From Amphiscolops sp. MND2022 (Eukaryota), in assembly GCA_964187785.1 (NCBI GenBank), contig OZ076409.1, positions 14,138,001 through 14,202,000 of the forward strand: a DNA stretch of 64,000 nucleotides. The letters run 5' to 3'. The stretch's first letter is position 1; each line of letters starts with the position of its first letter. The translations under genes and the position numbers were made by a program. The notes beneath the pieces were generated by a model. It made no database searches. It saw nothing but the letters and a program-made list of their open reading frames with translations, and was not told the DNA's origin. Shown here one piece after another: positions 1 through 13,800 of this stretch.

Positions 1-414
1 CACAGCTTAAAAGCTGGGGCGCAAGGGCTCCAAGCACCAAACAAAGACAATTAAGCAAAAAGACTCATTTTACCGGTTTCTGCTACATAGGGTAGCATAA
101 TGCTGAAAATCGATAAAAACCGGGGTTAGCACCTCAAAAAGAGTCTATTCTCAGTCGTTCTTGCCGTCTCTGGCTTCTGTCATGGCGGCGCGCCCGTGTT
201 TTTGCTCGTTCTTGCTCTTTGTTGTTGAAGTACCTGCCAATTTCGTGGAAACAGCGAAAAGAGCAATCACATGCTCAGTGCCACGTCACACATCGGATTA
301 GAATTTTTGACAAAATTTCTGAACATGTCAAAGTTGCAAAATCGGTTGATATTGCTGTACCAGAGCTTGCCGTTACATACAAGTAACTAAAATAGTCAAG
401 TAAGTAAAGTAGCA

Positions 415-560
415 TACAGCGGGAATAATATCTAAAGTCAAAAAAGGGAATAAGATCTAAAGGGAAAAAGATCTAAAAATTTCAGGACGGGAATAAGATC
501 TAAAGGGAGTAAAATGTAAAATAACTAAATTTTAGATCTTATTCTGTACATCCTATTCCC
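415..560. repeat. Short element built from GGAATAAGATCTAAA sub-repeats, partly inverted; related copy at ~15980-16155
   Basis: Several GGAATAAGATCTAAA-like units at 421-505 and an inverted TTTAGATCTTATTC at ~531-544; similar GGAATA...CTAA units at 15980-16155. Confidence 0.5.
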
Positions 561-3009
561 ACCTCCCAAAACTATGGCTCAGTTGGCGAAGGCGAACAGG
601 GCGGAAAATATCCCGGTGCTTAGCGGGCGTCTTGTTTGGGACTCAATTGACGCTTTTTGCATTTGGGACTCAAATTGTTTTGGGACTCAATCGTTGCCTC
701 ACCGTTCAAGATGATCTTTGTTCAGTCAAAGAAAATGCCGTCAAATATTTACATAATCAAGGGTTGCGGGAGAACTGGGAAAGTACCCACTTTTTGGGTT
801 TAGGTTCCAGTTATTCCAGAAAACTGTTCAATTTTTTCATACATTCAAAACTATTTTTCTAGTTCACTTAGTCAAATGCTGGAATCAGCTGTGGGGTTGT
901 TTCTCATTTCAGACGGTGCTGCAAAAATTTAAAAGTAGACAGCTCTAAATTTTTTTTCTCGCCAACAGCAAAAGGCGAAACAGACTTTGACTGTTTTCAC
1001 TGTTGAGACAACCATCTTTATTCTCCGCTTCATGTTGGCAAACAACTGTGAAAATGTCAACATATCCAAGGAGTCAACATTTTCCGTTATTTTTTGAGGA
1101 AATTAATTGTTATGCCTGCCCTGCAAAATGGAGACTTCAAAATCAGAGTGAGAAACATTGAGCAATGAAAGATAAATAGTAATCAAAGCGAACTGTTTTT
1201 TTTTCAGTATTTAATCCCTTTCCAAGTATCAACCAAATATCCCAACTTTGAATTAAAAATCAAGTGAAAAGTGGTATTTTCTGTGTATTTGTGTTCTCAT
1301 TTTGTTGCAAAAAATGCGGTCCAGTTTTTCAATGAATTGATTACTTTGAGCTATAGTTTTAGTAAACATTTGTGAGCATAATGCCCAATTTTCAATAACC
1401 AGTCTTATGAAAGGTTGACTTTATAAGATTAGTGAAAAACTGTTAGCCACGGTAAGAGTTAAATGAAGGAAAAGCTATTGTTTGTGTCCAACAGAACCTC
1501 GGACGTTTATCATCTTAATAAACTTTACGCAACAATGAACATAAGGTGTGACTTCACATTTTTCCAAAAATTTTGACTCTAGAAAAATAGGATTACTAGA
1601 AGTAAAAGCATTTGAAAATTGGCTGTAAAAACTAGCAATTGGTACAATCAATATTATATGGGATTATCTGTGGAATAGAAAATTAATTCCCTGTTTTCCC
1701 AATATTTCGTTTCCTCAATTTTAATCCACATTGATCAGATTTTGCATCATCATTATGGAAATCGTGCGTGGGTTTGAAAACCAATAATGTACGTTAACAA
1801 AAATTAACAAAAAAGAGGAAAATTGGATTATTTTGACTTCTCACAGGAATCGCAGTGGTCAATTCCGCTTTCGCTTCCTTAGACTTTTAAAATATCAGAG
1901 GCTTCAATTAAAGTATATTTTGTCCATTTCCTCACCGAGTCTTTACAAACAATCTTTTAAAGATTAAAATAACCATTTAAGGTATCCTTTCTGCCGCAAA
2001 AGGCCGACCCCGCGGTTTTTTTGCCCTTAATTTACTTCCTTCCATGGAATCCCGCTGCTTTAATTTAGCAATTTTGCGGTTCCAAATTGCAATTTTCAGG
2101 TACAAAAAGTTCCCAAAAAGATGCTTCAGTTCTAAATAATGTGCTCATTTAAACATCAATTTCATTGGGACTGTTTTAATTGAACTGTTTTAATTCAAGA
2201 AATGAATGAAAACACAAGATTCCTTGGAACATATTGGAACATCTATTTTCATCACAACTTGACAAGATCCGATTAGAATTCTGATGTACTCTGTGCAATG
2301 AATAAATAACCTGCAAAAGGTTGAAATCCAAAGGCAATTGCTGCTAAATTATGTCGGCGTCAAGCTGTATTACAATGACGCTTTTTGCAGCGAAATAGTC
2401 GATTTTAGTTCAACTGGGGAAATTAAATTTTTTGAATTTGGTCCATTTCCCATGACATCCGATGCAATGCAAGCGCGGCTAATTGCTTGGACGTTAAAGA
2501 GCGCACAAATATCTCCTCGTTTTTTCGAAGCATGCTCTTTGACAAAAGATAGCGACACATTCATGATAAGATTACAAATTGTACAAAATTATGTTATGTC
2601 ATTTAGTTATTGCAATTTTGATTACCTCGCCTATATGAAAAATCAGTTGAAGTTTTATCGCAAAAAAACTTTCCATCTCTTGAATTAGAAAAGAAAAATG
2701 GATAGAACCAATTTTGTGTTCCTTATCATTTTTCGTCCATATTTCATATGGAAAAGGAAAATATTTAAATCAAATGGGTTTTTTTTACAAAATTTGCCAA
2801 GAATTAAATTATATCCTAGCTAAAAGGCTTCACCCATAGAATTCAACTGATGTGAAATTAGTATCATGCTGTATGTATTTGTCGGGATTTTTGAACTTTT
2901 TTGATTGACCCCAAAGACCCCAGAATGACCCACAAATGACCCCAAAAATAGTAAAAACTGCAAAATTTTCCAATTTTGTGCAATTTTTGTCAAATTATCG
3001 GTAAATTTC

Positions 3010-4400
3010 CTGGCTTTCAATGTTTAAAACAATCCAAAGAGAAAAAATTGGTATCCAAGAGGCTTTTTCAAAGAAATAAATGCAACTTTGTTATGAAAAA
3101 AGGCCTCAAATTCAGACCCAAATTGACAAAAATACTCGAAAATTCATAAATTTGAAGATTTTATGCAATTTTTGTCTATTTTTCTAGCAACGTGGTGGCT
3201 TAGAATGTCGAAGACGTTAAACAAGGAACAGATTCGTTGTCACGGAGGCTTTCTTGAAGAGATAAAAGCAATTTTTGTTGAAAAAATGCATCAAATTTGG
3301 ACCGAAATTGACAGAATACTTGAAAATTCAGTTTTTTGAAACTTTTATGCAAATTTTTGTGTACTTTTCGAAAGACTTCGTAGCTTAGAATGTCAAAGAC
3401 GTTCAAAAAGGAACACTTCAGTTATCGTGGAGGCTTCTTTGAAGAGATAAAAGCAATTGGTGTTGAAAAAATGCATCAAATTCAGACCGAAATTGACAAA
3501 AATCCAAAAAAAATCAAAATTTTGAAAACTTCATGCAGTTTTTGTGTACTTTTCGAAAAACTTGGTGGCTTAGAATGTTGAAGACGTTCAGTAAGGAACA
3601 AATTTGTTGTCGTGGTTGCTTCTTTGAAGAGATAAAAGCAATTGGTGTTGAAAAAATGCATCAAACTTCGACCGAAATTGACAAAAACACAAAAAACTCA
3701 AGTTTTGAAAATTTTATGCAGTTTGTGTGTAATTTCGGAAAGCCCTGGTGGCTTAGAATTTCCAAGACGTTCAACCAGGAACAAATTGGTTGCCAGGAAG
3801 GCTTTTTTAGAAAATAAACGAAGTTTTTTAAAGAAAAAAACGCACAATTCGCGACCAAAAATGACAATAACTTCAAAATGTACCAATTTTTCACGTTTTC
3901 ATGCACCTTTTGTCAAATTTTTAAAGATTTCATGGATCAGAACTTTAACTACTTTCAACCTCGAAAGATTTCGTTGTCGAATAGGGTTGTTTGCGGAGAT
4001 AAATGCAGTTTTGTAAAAAAAAAAGAATTGCCACATGGACCCCAAAATAGTCTAAAAATATTACTTTTTTCACATTTTTGTATTTTACAACGCAATTTTT
4101 GTAAACGTTTCAACCTTTTCATGGATTAGAACTCTGAAGCGATTCAACAACAACTGAAGGCGTTGTCTGGTGGGCTTTTTGATGGAATAAGTGCCGGTTT
4201 TTGGTAACAGACATGCTTTAATTTGACTCAAAAATTGTCGAAAACTCCAAAAATTTCCAGGAAATGTAGGTTCTTCAAGCTATTTGGGTACAATTTTTAA
4301 GAATTTGTTAAGTTAGATGGTTCAAAACAATCAAAGGCGATAGAATCAGGTATGTAGTTTCCCTTCTTGATGAGAAAATACTAGTGCTTTACATCAGAAA
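3010..4400. repeat. Tandem array with ~184-185 bp unit, degenerating at both ends
   Basis: The marker CTTAGAAT recurs at 3199, 3384, 3569 and 3752 (spacing 185, 185, 183); weaker copies on either side. Outer limits are approximate. Confidence 0.85.
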
Positions 4401-7400
4401 AACTTCAAAATTAAAGTTTTTCGAGCTGTTTGTGTTCAAGTTTTGAAAATATTTGTGACTAGGAAAGTTCAAAACACTCGAAAACAAAAAAGCTAGCTAT
4501 GCAGTACCCTATTTTGAAAAGAGTTGCAGTATTTTGCTTCAAAAGTACTTCAAAAGTGACCCTGATGAGTCGGAAATAAGAAGTTTAAATTCAACGTTTC
4601 TTATGCAAAGTTCTGAATTTTTAGGACGTTTCTATCGTTGGAAGACAGAAAACCCTCAACAGCGAACGAATGCGTCATCCAGTAGGTTTTCTGAAGGTGA
4701 ACTGCAGTTTCACGTTAGAAAAGAGCCTCAAAATGACCCCAAAATGGTCGAAAAAAAAACAAGTTTTGGTAGTTGTTCGACAAATTAGTGAATTTCTATT
4801 GAAAGTTACCAAAACTTCCTAATAGTCCAGAAGTCTAACCTTTTGAAGTAGGCATGCAGAATTTTTAAAAAAGAAATCTACAATTGTGTATGCAAAAAGT
4901 TCGTCAGAATGACTTGAAATTTAGTGAAAATCAATTTTTTGTTTTTGAAATGTTGATATACTTTTTTGTAAACGTTTCGAGCAATTTTGTTAACCAAGAA
5001 CAACTGGACCCGTTATCCAATAAGCGTTTTTAAAAAGACATCTACAGTTTCTTATAAAAGTACCTCAAATGACCGCAAAGTTGTCGAAAAAGCAAAATTG
5101 TAGACATTTTGACGTTTTTTGCGACTTCGCGCAAATTTACAGAAAAATTAATTGGTTAGGTTTGGAATACACACAATCTGACGAAAAACCAAATAGGTGT
5201 GTGGTGTCTTCTTGAAGTGTTCCCTTCTGAAATGGCATGACATTATTCAAAGAGTGTCAAACCTTTTTTCATCAAACCTCTATGCGTCTTCATAGTGCAA
5301 TGACTACTCTTGAGCCTCAAAAATATGTCATTGCTGGAACAGTTGGGACGGAAAATATCCTGCTGGTCAGCGGGCGTCTTGTAGTTATTCTTAGTTTGGA
5401 AAATTTAATTTTAAAGTGTCTCTGAATAGAAACCGCGCCTTGTAAACGAGCTGAAATTGTCACTGGAAACTGTCATCAAGAAAAACGTGGTTTTATTTTT
5501 ATTGTGTTTTTAGTCAATACAAGACAATGCGGACATTTGCATTGATTGTTTGAGAATTTTCAGTTCGTCTTTGATATAAAACCAAGTACCTGGGAAGATC
5601 TTTCTTGTCAAAATCATCCGTATAGTCCATAGTTGGCTCTGCGATGAACAATTCGATAAGGAATCAATAACTTCGAAAACTGTTAAATAGACAATTGAAA
5701 ATAAATTCTCAATGCAAACTTCAAAGCCGCTCAAATGTAAAATTCGCTCCAATTACTGCTAATAATTTTCATTTCACTTTATACACGTTTCAACAAAATA
5801 CTTTTTCATCTCTTAAAAGCAAAATTTCAATATCTCCATATAATGCCAAAGAGTTACAAAAGATTATAAAAGGTTTTCAGTTTAAAAAAACTATGAATTG
5901 TCAAAAAAGCAAATGATTGAGATGCTCTAACCCAACAATTGTACATTTTTCCCGAAATAACAAGATTGAAAGTGTTCGATTATTTTTGCATTTTCCCTCC
6001 TAAACGCTTTACTACTCAACTATCGCTTCATTTTCAAACACTCTTGGGCACTTGAGTTATATTGTATCCCGATAAATTATTGTTTTCACACTTCAGATAT
6101 CCCCGACTGGGATTTAATATTCCTAAATGCAAGATAACCAATAAATTCAGCATCCGTTCTCAAATATATTCATGAACACAATTTGGTTGCGTTGAAAAAT
6201 AACAATAATTTTCACCCTGTACATTCAAAAACTGAAATGTCGTCTTTCTTTACTTGAGAAAACACCATTTTGCTTGTGAAAAAAGGCTGTCAACAAAATT
6301 AAGTTGGGAGCAATTTAATTTCCCGATCTGTCACGGAACGTCACATTGAGAGAAAAACGTCAAAACTGCTCAAAATTAGGGCTCTTCAGCGCTCATAGGA
6401 GACTAACAGATTGCATGCGGAAGTAATTAGAGCCTTTTTCTGGACTTAATCTCGCCCCAACACTCTATCCGGAAGTTTTCCTGTCGTTAAACCGACCATG
6501 ATTCATCCTAAGCTCCCATATACTACCCTCAAAGTACCAAATCCCTTTTTAATTCAGCTGAAAACGCGTATTCGTTTTTTTCTCACGCTAGTGAATCATT
6601 CTTCTTCGGTCAGTTCTAATTGTTCAAAAATACTCTCTCAGCCTACTTTTTGGCGGATAAGAAACTACTATGTTTTAGCAACTGCTACTTGAAGTGTGAT
6701 CAAAAGTTATAACGAAAATTTCCATGATGACTTATCCAATCTCACACGTGATGATTTGAATGATTCTTGACGTTTGGTCGGCTCTTCTGTTCCACCTCCA
6801 TCAAAAATGAAAATAAAACTTTTACACAGTTTTTCAACCTGGTTTGGGCTCTTTTCTGCCCACCTACAACTAAAGTTTTTGAAAGTAATTTTCTTTAAAA
6901 TTTCAGACTAGCGTAACTAAAAGTAAATTCTTTTTATTTCTGCGAAAGGAGGAATATTATTGGAAGCTCAAGAATTCTACTTTTTTCGATACAAATCTTG
7001 TCGTGATACTCAAAACTTCAGATATTTTGTTCGGCAGTGACTATAAGCGTGAGAATTAAATTTCTCAAGCTACCGACCGACACTTCAATTCTCGTGCGAT
7101 GAAACGAGAGAGTGGTAATTATGCATTCGTACGCTGACGTTATTGAGATGAAGCGAGCGAATGTTCTTAATTATACTTTCGAACGCCGAGTTATTGAGAT
7201 GAAGCGAATGAGTGGTAATTATTCGTTCCATGAGCTTCGACTGCATTCAAATGCGAATGCGAAACTTAGTAGTTATATTAGCTTTAGTCCGAGATTTAAA
7301 GGTGGTATAAACTGGTACAGTGATTAATTGTGCGTTTATAAGCGTTTATGATAAAGTGTTTATAAAAGTTTCACTAATTTCTGAAAAAAATTACGTGGTA

Positions 7401-8033
7401 GGGAGAAAACAGAAAAAAGCCTTGGATTGAATAGAAGTGAAATCTTTTCCATAACAAGAAGTCAAATTCTTCTGGAATTAGTTTTTCGTTCGAACAAAAT
7501 GTTTTGTTGCACATTCTGACCGGTGAATAAGGTCGCTTATATGCAAAAGCGCAAAAGATGGGAAGGCGACGTAAAATCCGAATAAGTGCCGACAGCGAAA
7601 GCGACGATTAAAACTCGCACTTGTTTGATTAGTCAGAAATCTTGTCTATTTTGGTAACAAAAAACCACACCTCTTACAGTGGCAAGTTTGTTGTACCGGA
7701 CGTTCACCCGACACTAGTTCAGTTGTAAATAAACTGCACTTTTTGAAAACTTAAAATTGCTGTGACAAATTTTTTTTCCAAAAAGTGCCGCTTAGGCGCT
7801 AGCGAACCCGTGATAAACGCAATAATCGATAAGCGCGTTTTTTGTAAAACATAGTTCACTGATTTTGACTGTGATTGTTTGTATCAACCATTTTCAGCTC
7901 TAAAAATGAAGCTGGTAATATCCTATTCAAGAATGAGTGACTTCATAAAACTTCAAAAAGTTTGAAAGATGTTTATATCTGGATTCTAAACTGTCACTTT
8001 ATTATATTCCATGTTGGCAGGTTTCTGGTATGG

Positions 8034-8583
8034 TTTTTAGTTGGCGCTTCAAGAAGTGAAACGCGACTAATATAGTGACTCTTTTTTTCAATCCACACGA
8101 ACTGACCAAAATAGTTTTTAGAAGTTCTACGAAATTTTATGGTGCCAAATTGAAACAGTTGGCTCAGCAAACTGAACACTGAACCAAATAGATTTTTTAT
8201 GTTTTTCCGCGTAACATACAGTATCAGGAGATTCTAAAGGGAAATCATCTCTTCCAGATTTTTTCGGCATTGTGAGACTTTTTCTAAAAAATTTCCCCAG
8301 TGGGTCCCGCCTCCAATTTTTTGATCTTCTCCGACAGAACGAATGTTGAAAAGTCTCAAAGGATCCCCCTTCTGGTTTTTTCGGCATTGTGAGACTTTGT
8401 TAGAGAAAAAATTTTTATCATGAAATGGTCCCCTCTTCAATTTTTAGATGTTTTGCAACGATGGATGTTAAAAATCCGAAAGGATCCCCTTTTAGGGCGC
8501 GCCAATTCGGTCAATCTTTAGGGTTTTTCGGGTACGGTAAAAGAGTATTTGACACTTTGAAGTCCTTTTGCTATTTTGAGCCC
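8034..8583 (+). mobile_element. Helentron-associated non-autonomous element (HINE-like family), 3'-truncated copy
   Basis: Starts TTTTAGTTGGCGCTTC...GTGAAACGCGACTA; body matches the copies at 19758, 20251 and 52154. Confidence 0.65.
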
Positions 8584-9645
8584 GGCATGAACTCAGCGTT
8601 CGTAACCATATGGTGTAATGCATGGAAACGCATGGAATTCCATAGTGTGTTGGATCCTGGCGGAGTTATCGTTAAAAGACAGCTCTAGTAAAACATTGCA
8701 CTACTTAATTCCATACTTTATATCACAGGTATAAGGAATATCACTTCTGTAGCTCCACAATAACTTTAGTTTCTTGAATTTTCATTTTTAGCTGGAAAAG
8801 CCCTTTCATTACATCTGTATATTGAAGATTTGTGAGTAATTTCTATGATTCCGACAAACTTTGATTTTCATTGAACCGGTTCAATATCAGAACCATAAAT
8901 TTTGTAGGTTAGGCCGATCCAAGAGGAAATGCTTAAAGTAATTTTAGAGCAATACAATAATATAATCACAATATGATAGATTCATGCAACTTTGTTTGTT
9001 CATTCCCGTTTATTAGAATCAGAAGTGGTTTCAAACAAAATTTCGGACCATAACTGCAATCAGTTTTCTTACATTATAACCAAGATAATTTTGCGCTAAA
9101 AGAGTCTTATGCATTTGCAAAGCCCAAATCTAGCACAAGTCAACAAAACAGAAATGTCTCAAGCCGGCTTTCCGCTTTAGGCTCAAAAGACGCAAATTCT
9201 AAAATTTACTCACAGGCGTTTCTGGAGAAAATCTTTCAGTTCCGAAAAAAATATAAAGAAAAGGGTGCTCAAAACACACAAAAGGTTTAAGTAGAGCAGT
9301 GAATTTCCTTGGAGAAAAAGTCACACAGTACCAGAAATCACTCAAAGGGGGAACCTTTTGGTTTGATACAGCTGTGATTCAATTGGAAAGGTAATATATT
9401 CAAAATAGAGCCCCTTTGGTTGTCCTATTTTGCATTTTTTCGTAAGTATGGATTTTCATGAAGTTCAATAGCAAGACGTTTGGCTACTAAACATACTTTA
9501 TTTGAAGAAAGATTCGTTCAGTGTTTCTCAATGCAAGACTTGAAGTTTATTTAAAGGTGTTTTAATTAAGAAAGGTCGTAGCAAAATTATTTCGGAGCGG
9601 AAGATTAGAAGCTCCTTGATAAATGGCCTTGTTTATTTGGATTGA

Positions 9646-9740
9646 TCAACGCGCGTTTGATTTGTTTGCACACAGTCGCATCTAAAGTTTTTCAACGCGC
9701 GTTTGATTTGTTTGCACACAGTCGCATCTAAAGTTTTTCA
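9646..9740 (+). repeat. Perfect 46-bp tandem duplication in the LINE 5' UTR
   Basis: TCAACGCGCGTTTGATTTGTTTGCACACAGTCGCATCTAAAGTTTT at 9646 and again at 9692. Confidence 0.95.
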
Positions 9741-9802
9741 TGCAAAAATAAAACATTGAGCCTGTGCTTTGAAACGAACAATCATCACAACAGTTATCGA
9801 CA

Positions 9803-10756
9803 ATGTTATCTTTTGAAACCTTTGAGAAACTAAATAAAAAAGAATCATATTCGATTTACACCGACCTTTATCAGCAAAAAAACGAGCACGATTCCCTGAA
9901 GATGCTTCTTACCCAATTATTAGCCAGAATGGACGACACCAACAAATTGTTAGTTAAAAATTTCAATTTTTCTACAGAGAATAAAGAACCCAATGAAGAC
10001 AAAAGACCAGACCGAAAAGAACAGTCAGCAAAACAGTTAGTAAAACCAATGAACTCCCTGCCAGTCAACAGCAGTACTGAAAATTTGATAATTGGTTCAA
10101 GTATCATAAAACGAATACCCAATAAGTCCTTGCCCGAAGATGTAGAAATTCATGCTTATTCGGGATCTACTAGTAGTCAGAAACTTGAACTGCTACGCCA
10201 TTATAGCGTGAAAAGGCCTTTGCAATCTTTGACTATTCAAGACGGAACAAATACAATTCTCAAAAATCGGGAGAAGAATGTCTCAGAACTATTCGAAAAC
10301 TTCCAAGCTCTTGTGTCAGAAGCCATCCGGAAATTCGAGCCGAAAAAATTATTCCTGTGCGAGACTCCACCACTGCGAATTTATGAGAGGAACAAAATCG
10401 CTAATTGTAGAATTGAGGAGTGGAACAACTTATTACATGAGCATTATGGAGATGGTGAAAATATTCAAATAATTGATCTGAACAAGCAAGTAAAGTCCTT
10501 CAAAAATCCGGAAACTTTATACTTCGATGACATTCATTTCAACTTCCAGTTGGGCTTACCGCTAATACGAAATAGCTTAATGAAATACATCACCTGGTAT
10601 TCTAATAATCTGCCCCGAATCAATACAACCTACTATCGTCCAAATTCAAGTTATTGGAGACAAAATACAAAGTACCCGAAATATACACACAGGAATCAAT
10701 ATCAATACTATCATCATCAGCCACTGACTACATTCCACTATATGGGCGACGCGTGA
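9803..10756 (+). CDS. LINE ORF1p: N-terminal coiled coil plus SGNH/GDSL esterase domain
   Basis: 317 aa; SGNH blocks LIIGSSII (I), YSG (II), QDGTN (III), DDIHF (V); helical LKMLLTQLLARMDD N-terminus; Y/R/H-rich tail. Confidence 0.85.
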   Translation: MLSFETFEKLNKKESYSIYTDLYQQKNEHDSLKMLLTQLLARMDDTNKLLVKNFNFSTENKEPNEDKRPDRKEQSAKQLVKPMNSLPVNSSTENLIIGSSIIKRIPNKSLPEDVEIHAYSGSTSSQKLELLRHYSVKRPLQSLTIQDGTNTILKNREKNVSELFENFQALVSEAIRKFEPKKLFLCETPPLRIYERNKIANCRIEEWNNLLHEHYGDGENIQIIDLNKQVKSFKNPETLYFDDIHFNFQLGLPLIRNSLMKYITWYSNNLPRINTTYYRPNSSYWRQNTKYPKYTHRNQYQYYHHQPLTTFHYMGDA

Positions 10757-10815
10757 TAACTGAATTGAATGATGTTCAACTTCAATCGGAGCACGGGCAT
10801 TCCTAACCTTAAAAA

Positions 10816-13800
10816 ATGAAAAAAAGCCTAAAGTTTTTCATTCTTTTTGGTCTAATACCTAATTTCTTAGTATCAAAAGAAATGCCTGTGCAACCAATGA
10901 ATGGACGATCCCCAATGAGATACGAACTAAAATCCAAGTGCAAACATTTTGAGCCTAATCGTTTTTTTATATCCGTAATCTCTCCACTGATCAAAAAAAT
11001 ATTCCTCTTTTGGAATAAATTGAAACAAGCATCAATTGGTGAGCCTAGTTTTTTAAGATTGCGAACCACTTTCAACATGTTTTTTCAATGGAAACTCTCT
11101 TTGAGCGGCGACATTGAAATAAATCCAGGACCACTAATAAACTTCAAGTATTTAACAACCTTGTTCAAGAAGAATAATAGGAGTTTGAAGTTTTTCCACC
11201 TAAATGCACAAAGTTTACTTAAAAAAAGATCGACACTCGAAAATCTCATCAACGATCTTGGTGCAAACACCATTTTTGGTTTTTCAGAATCATGGCTAAA
11301 ACCCAGTGATGACAAGAAATTATGGCAAATAAACCCAACTCATTTCAAAACATTTCGGACTGATAGAGAAGCACCAAATAGAGAAAATGGTGGAGGAGTA
11401 ATGCTAATAATTCCTGCATGCCTTAATCCCAAAACGCGGAACGATTTAAACTATTTGAATAAAGAACTTTTTGAAAGTCTCTGGATCGAATGCAGCTTGA
11501 ATAATAGTACTTCCAACAAGAAGAAGCAGTTGATAAATATTAGCTACAATCCGAAAAAACATATTACGATCAATTTCTTGAAGAGTTATCCATAAGTATT
11601 GATCATGCAATTGTCGAAAATAAACCACTGACAATGATGGGCGATTACAACATAAATTATCTGAACCAAAGAGAAAAAGAAGATCTTGGAACTGTTATAT
11701 TGCCCTATGGGTTAACAACAATCAATACTGATCAACCAACCAGAATAAGCAATAAATCGGGGTCATTGATAGATTACATTATCACGGATCACTATAATGC
11801 TCATTCCTTTTCATCATTTGTATCTGACACCCCGTTCCGTACATCAGCTAATAATACAATCGATCATTTTGCGACTTCTGTAATTAGTAATATCAATTTG
11901 CAACCCTCGCCAAAAGTTTTCATGAAAGAAATCTACGATAAAAAGTCTTACAAAAAAGAATCTTTTCAAAACATACTGGGTAATTGTAACTGGAAATACT
12001 TTTATGGACAAACGTGTCCTGAGGGAATGTTCACAATACTAACGAGTTTTATTGAAAATTCCTTGCGTAAATCGATATCAAAAAAGAAAGTTTTTATCCG
12101 CAATGATAAGAGTAATCTAACCATTCATCAGAAGTGGGTTTCCTCTGAGACCAAACATCTTTATAACAAAATTAAGCAAGATATGAATCCAAATGACTTA
12201 AAATACGAAGACATTCAACAGCAGTTTATTCGTAATCTTAGTTTAGATCGCGATGAGAATAAATCTAAATATTTCCTCGAATTAACTAATGAACGAGAAA
12301 AATGGAACTTCATAAATGAGGCACGGAACTCGCTGAGAACAAAAACTGTCATCCCATCTTTAAAAAATGTTTTTGGAGATTATGTTACAGATCAAAAGAA
12401 AGTAGCAAACCTCCTCAATTACAGATTTTCAAAACTGGGCGATTTTATTGGGCAATGCAAATTTTTCAAAGAAGAAACGTTTAATATTTCTTCGATCCCA
12501 AACTTCGCAAAATTCAGTTTTCATCCGATAACTCTGTATGAATGCAAAAAAATAGTGAGGAGCTTAAACACAAAGAAACCACTTGGACCATCTAATATAC
12601 CTGCATGGGCGCTTAAAGACTCTCTAAACGTCATTGCTGAACCACTCACATTCCTCATAAATGCGTTTCTTGAACAGGGAAAATTTCCAAATCATCTTAA
12701 AAGAGCTCATGTAGTACCAATATACAAAAATGGTGACGCGGAAGAACCAAACAATTATAGACCTATATCAATAACTTCAGCCTTATCGAAAGTTTTTGAA
12801 AAATTAATTTGCAATCAAATCCTAGAACATCTCGAAAGAAATAATTTACTAAGCCAAATTCAATTTGGTTTCAGAGCAAAGTACTCGACAACAGATGCTC
12901 TTTTGTATGCTACGGAAAAAATAAGATCTGATATTGATAACAACAAAATGGTAGCTGCGGCCTTTCTCGATTTATCTAAAGCTTTCGATTCCATCTCCCA
13001 TGAAATTCTATTGGAAAAGCTCGAAAATTTAGGATTCGATCAGATAGCTATTTCTTTAATTGGAAGCTACCTGAGTAACAGAACGCAAAAAGTTGTTATC
13101 CAAAATACATCATCTGATTGGATTGACTTATACCAGGGTGTTCCACAAGGTACTATTCTCGGTCCTCTCCTATTTAATCTATATGTTAATAGTATGCAGA
13201 GTGCAATCCAAGAACCATGTGAATTGGTTCAATATGCAGATGACACTTTTCTGTTTGTCTCCAATGAATGTCTCAATACTGCTGTAAGTCAACTTGAAAC
13301 TAATGCTGCCAACTTAGTTGACTACTTTGAAAAGCATCGATTAAACCTCAACGAGAGTAAAACTGAATTCATTGTTTTCTGTAAAAGATCTAAAAACAAT
13401 TCTACAAAAAACCTAACATTTCGTGTTAGAAATCATATGACAAAACATTCCTCGTTTGTGAAATACCTTGAAATATACTTAGATCAAAATTTGACATATG
13501 AGTATGAAGTGAAAAATATTTTAAAGAAAATGGCATGTGGTATTAAAACTTTATACTCAGTGAAATCGTTTCTACCAGATAAAACATGTTTAATGCTACT
13601 CAACTCTCTTGTTATTAGCCATATACATTATCCAGCATTACTACTTAATGGAATTTCACAAAATTTAATTACAACCCTAGAGAAACAACTAAATTGGGGT
13701 GTGAAAGCTTGTTTCAACCGAAGGAAGTATGATTCCTCTAGTGATCTAAAAATAAAGCACAATATTTTTCCGATCAGAATTCTTTTAGATCTAAAAGCAG

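Noticed and set aside
3200..4129. Cluster of overlapping short ORFs
   Set aside because: By-products of the 185-bp tandem array; no protein-like signal.
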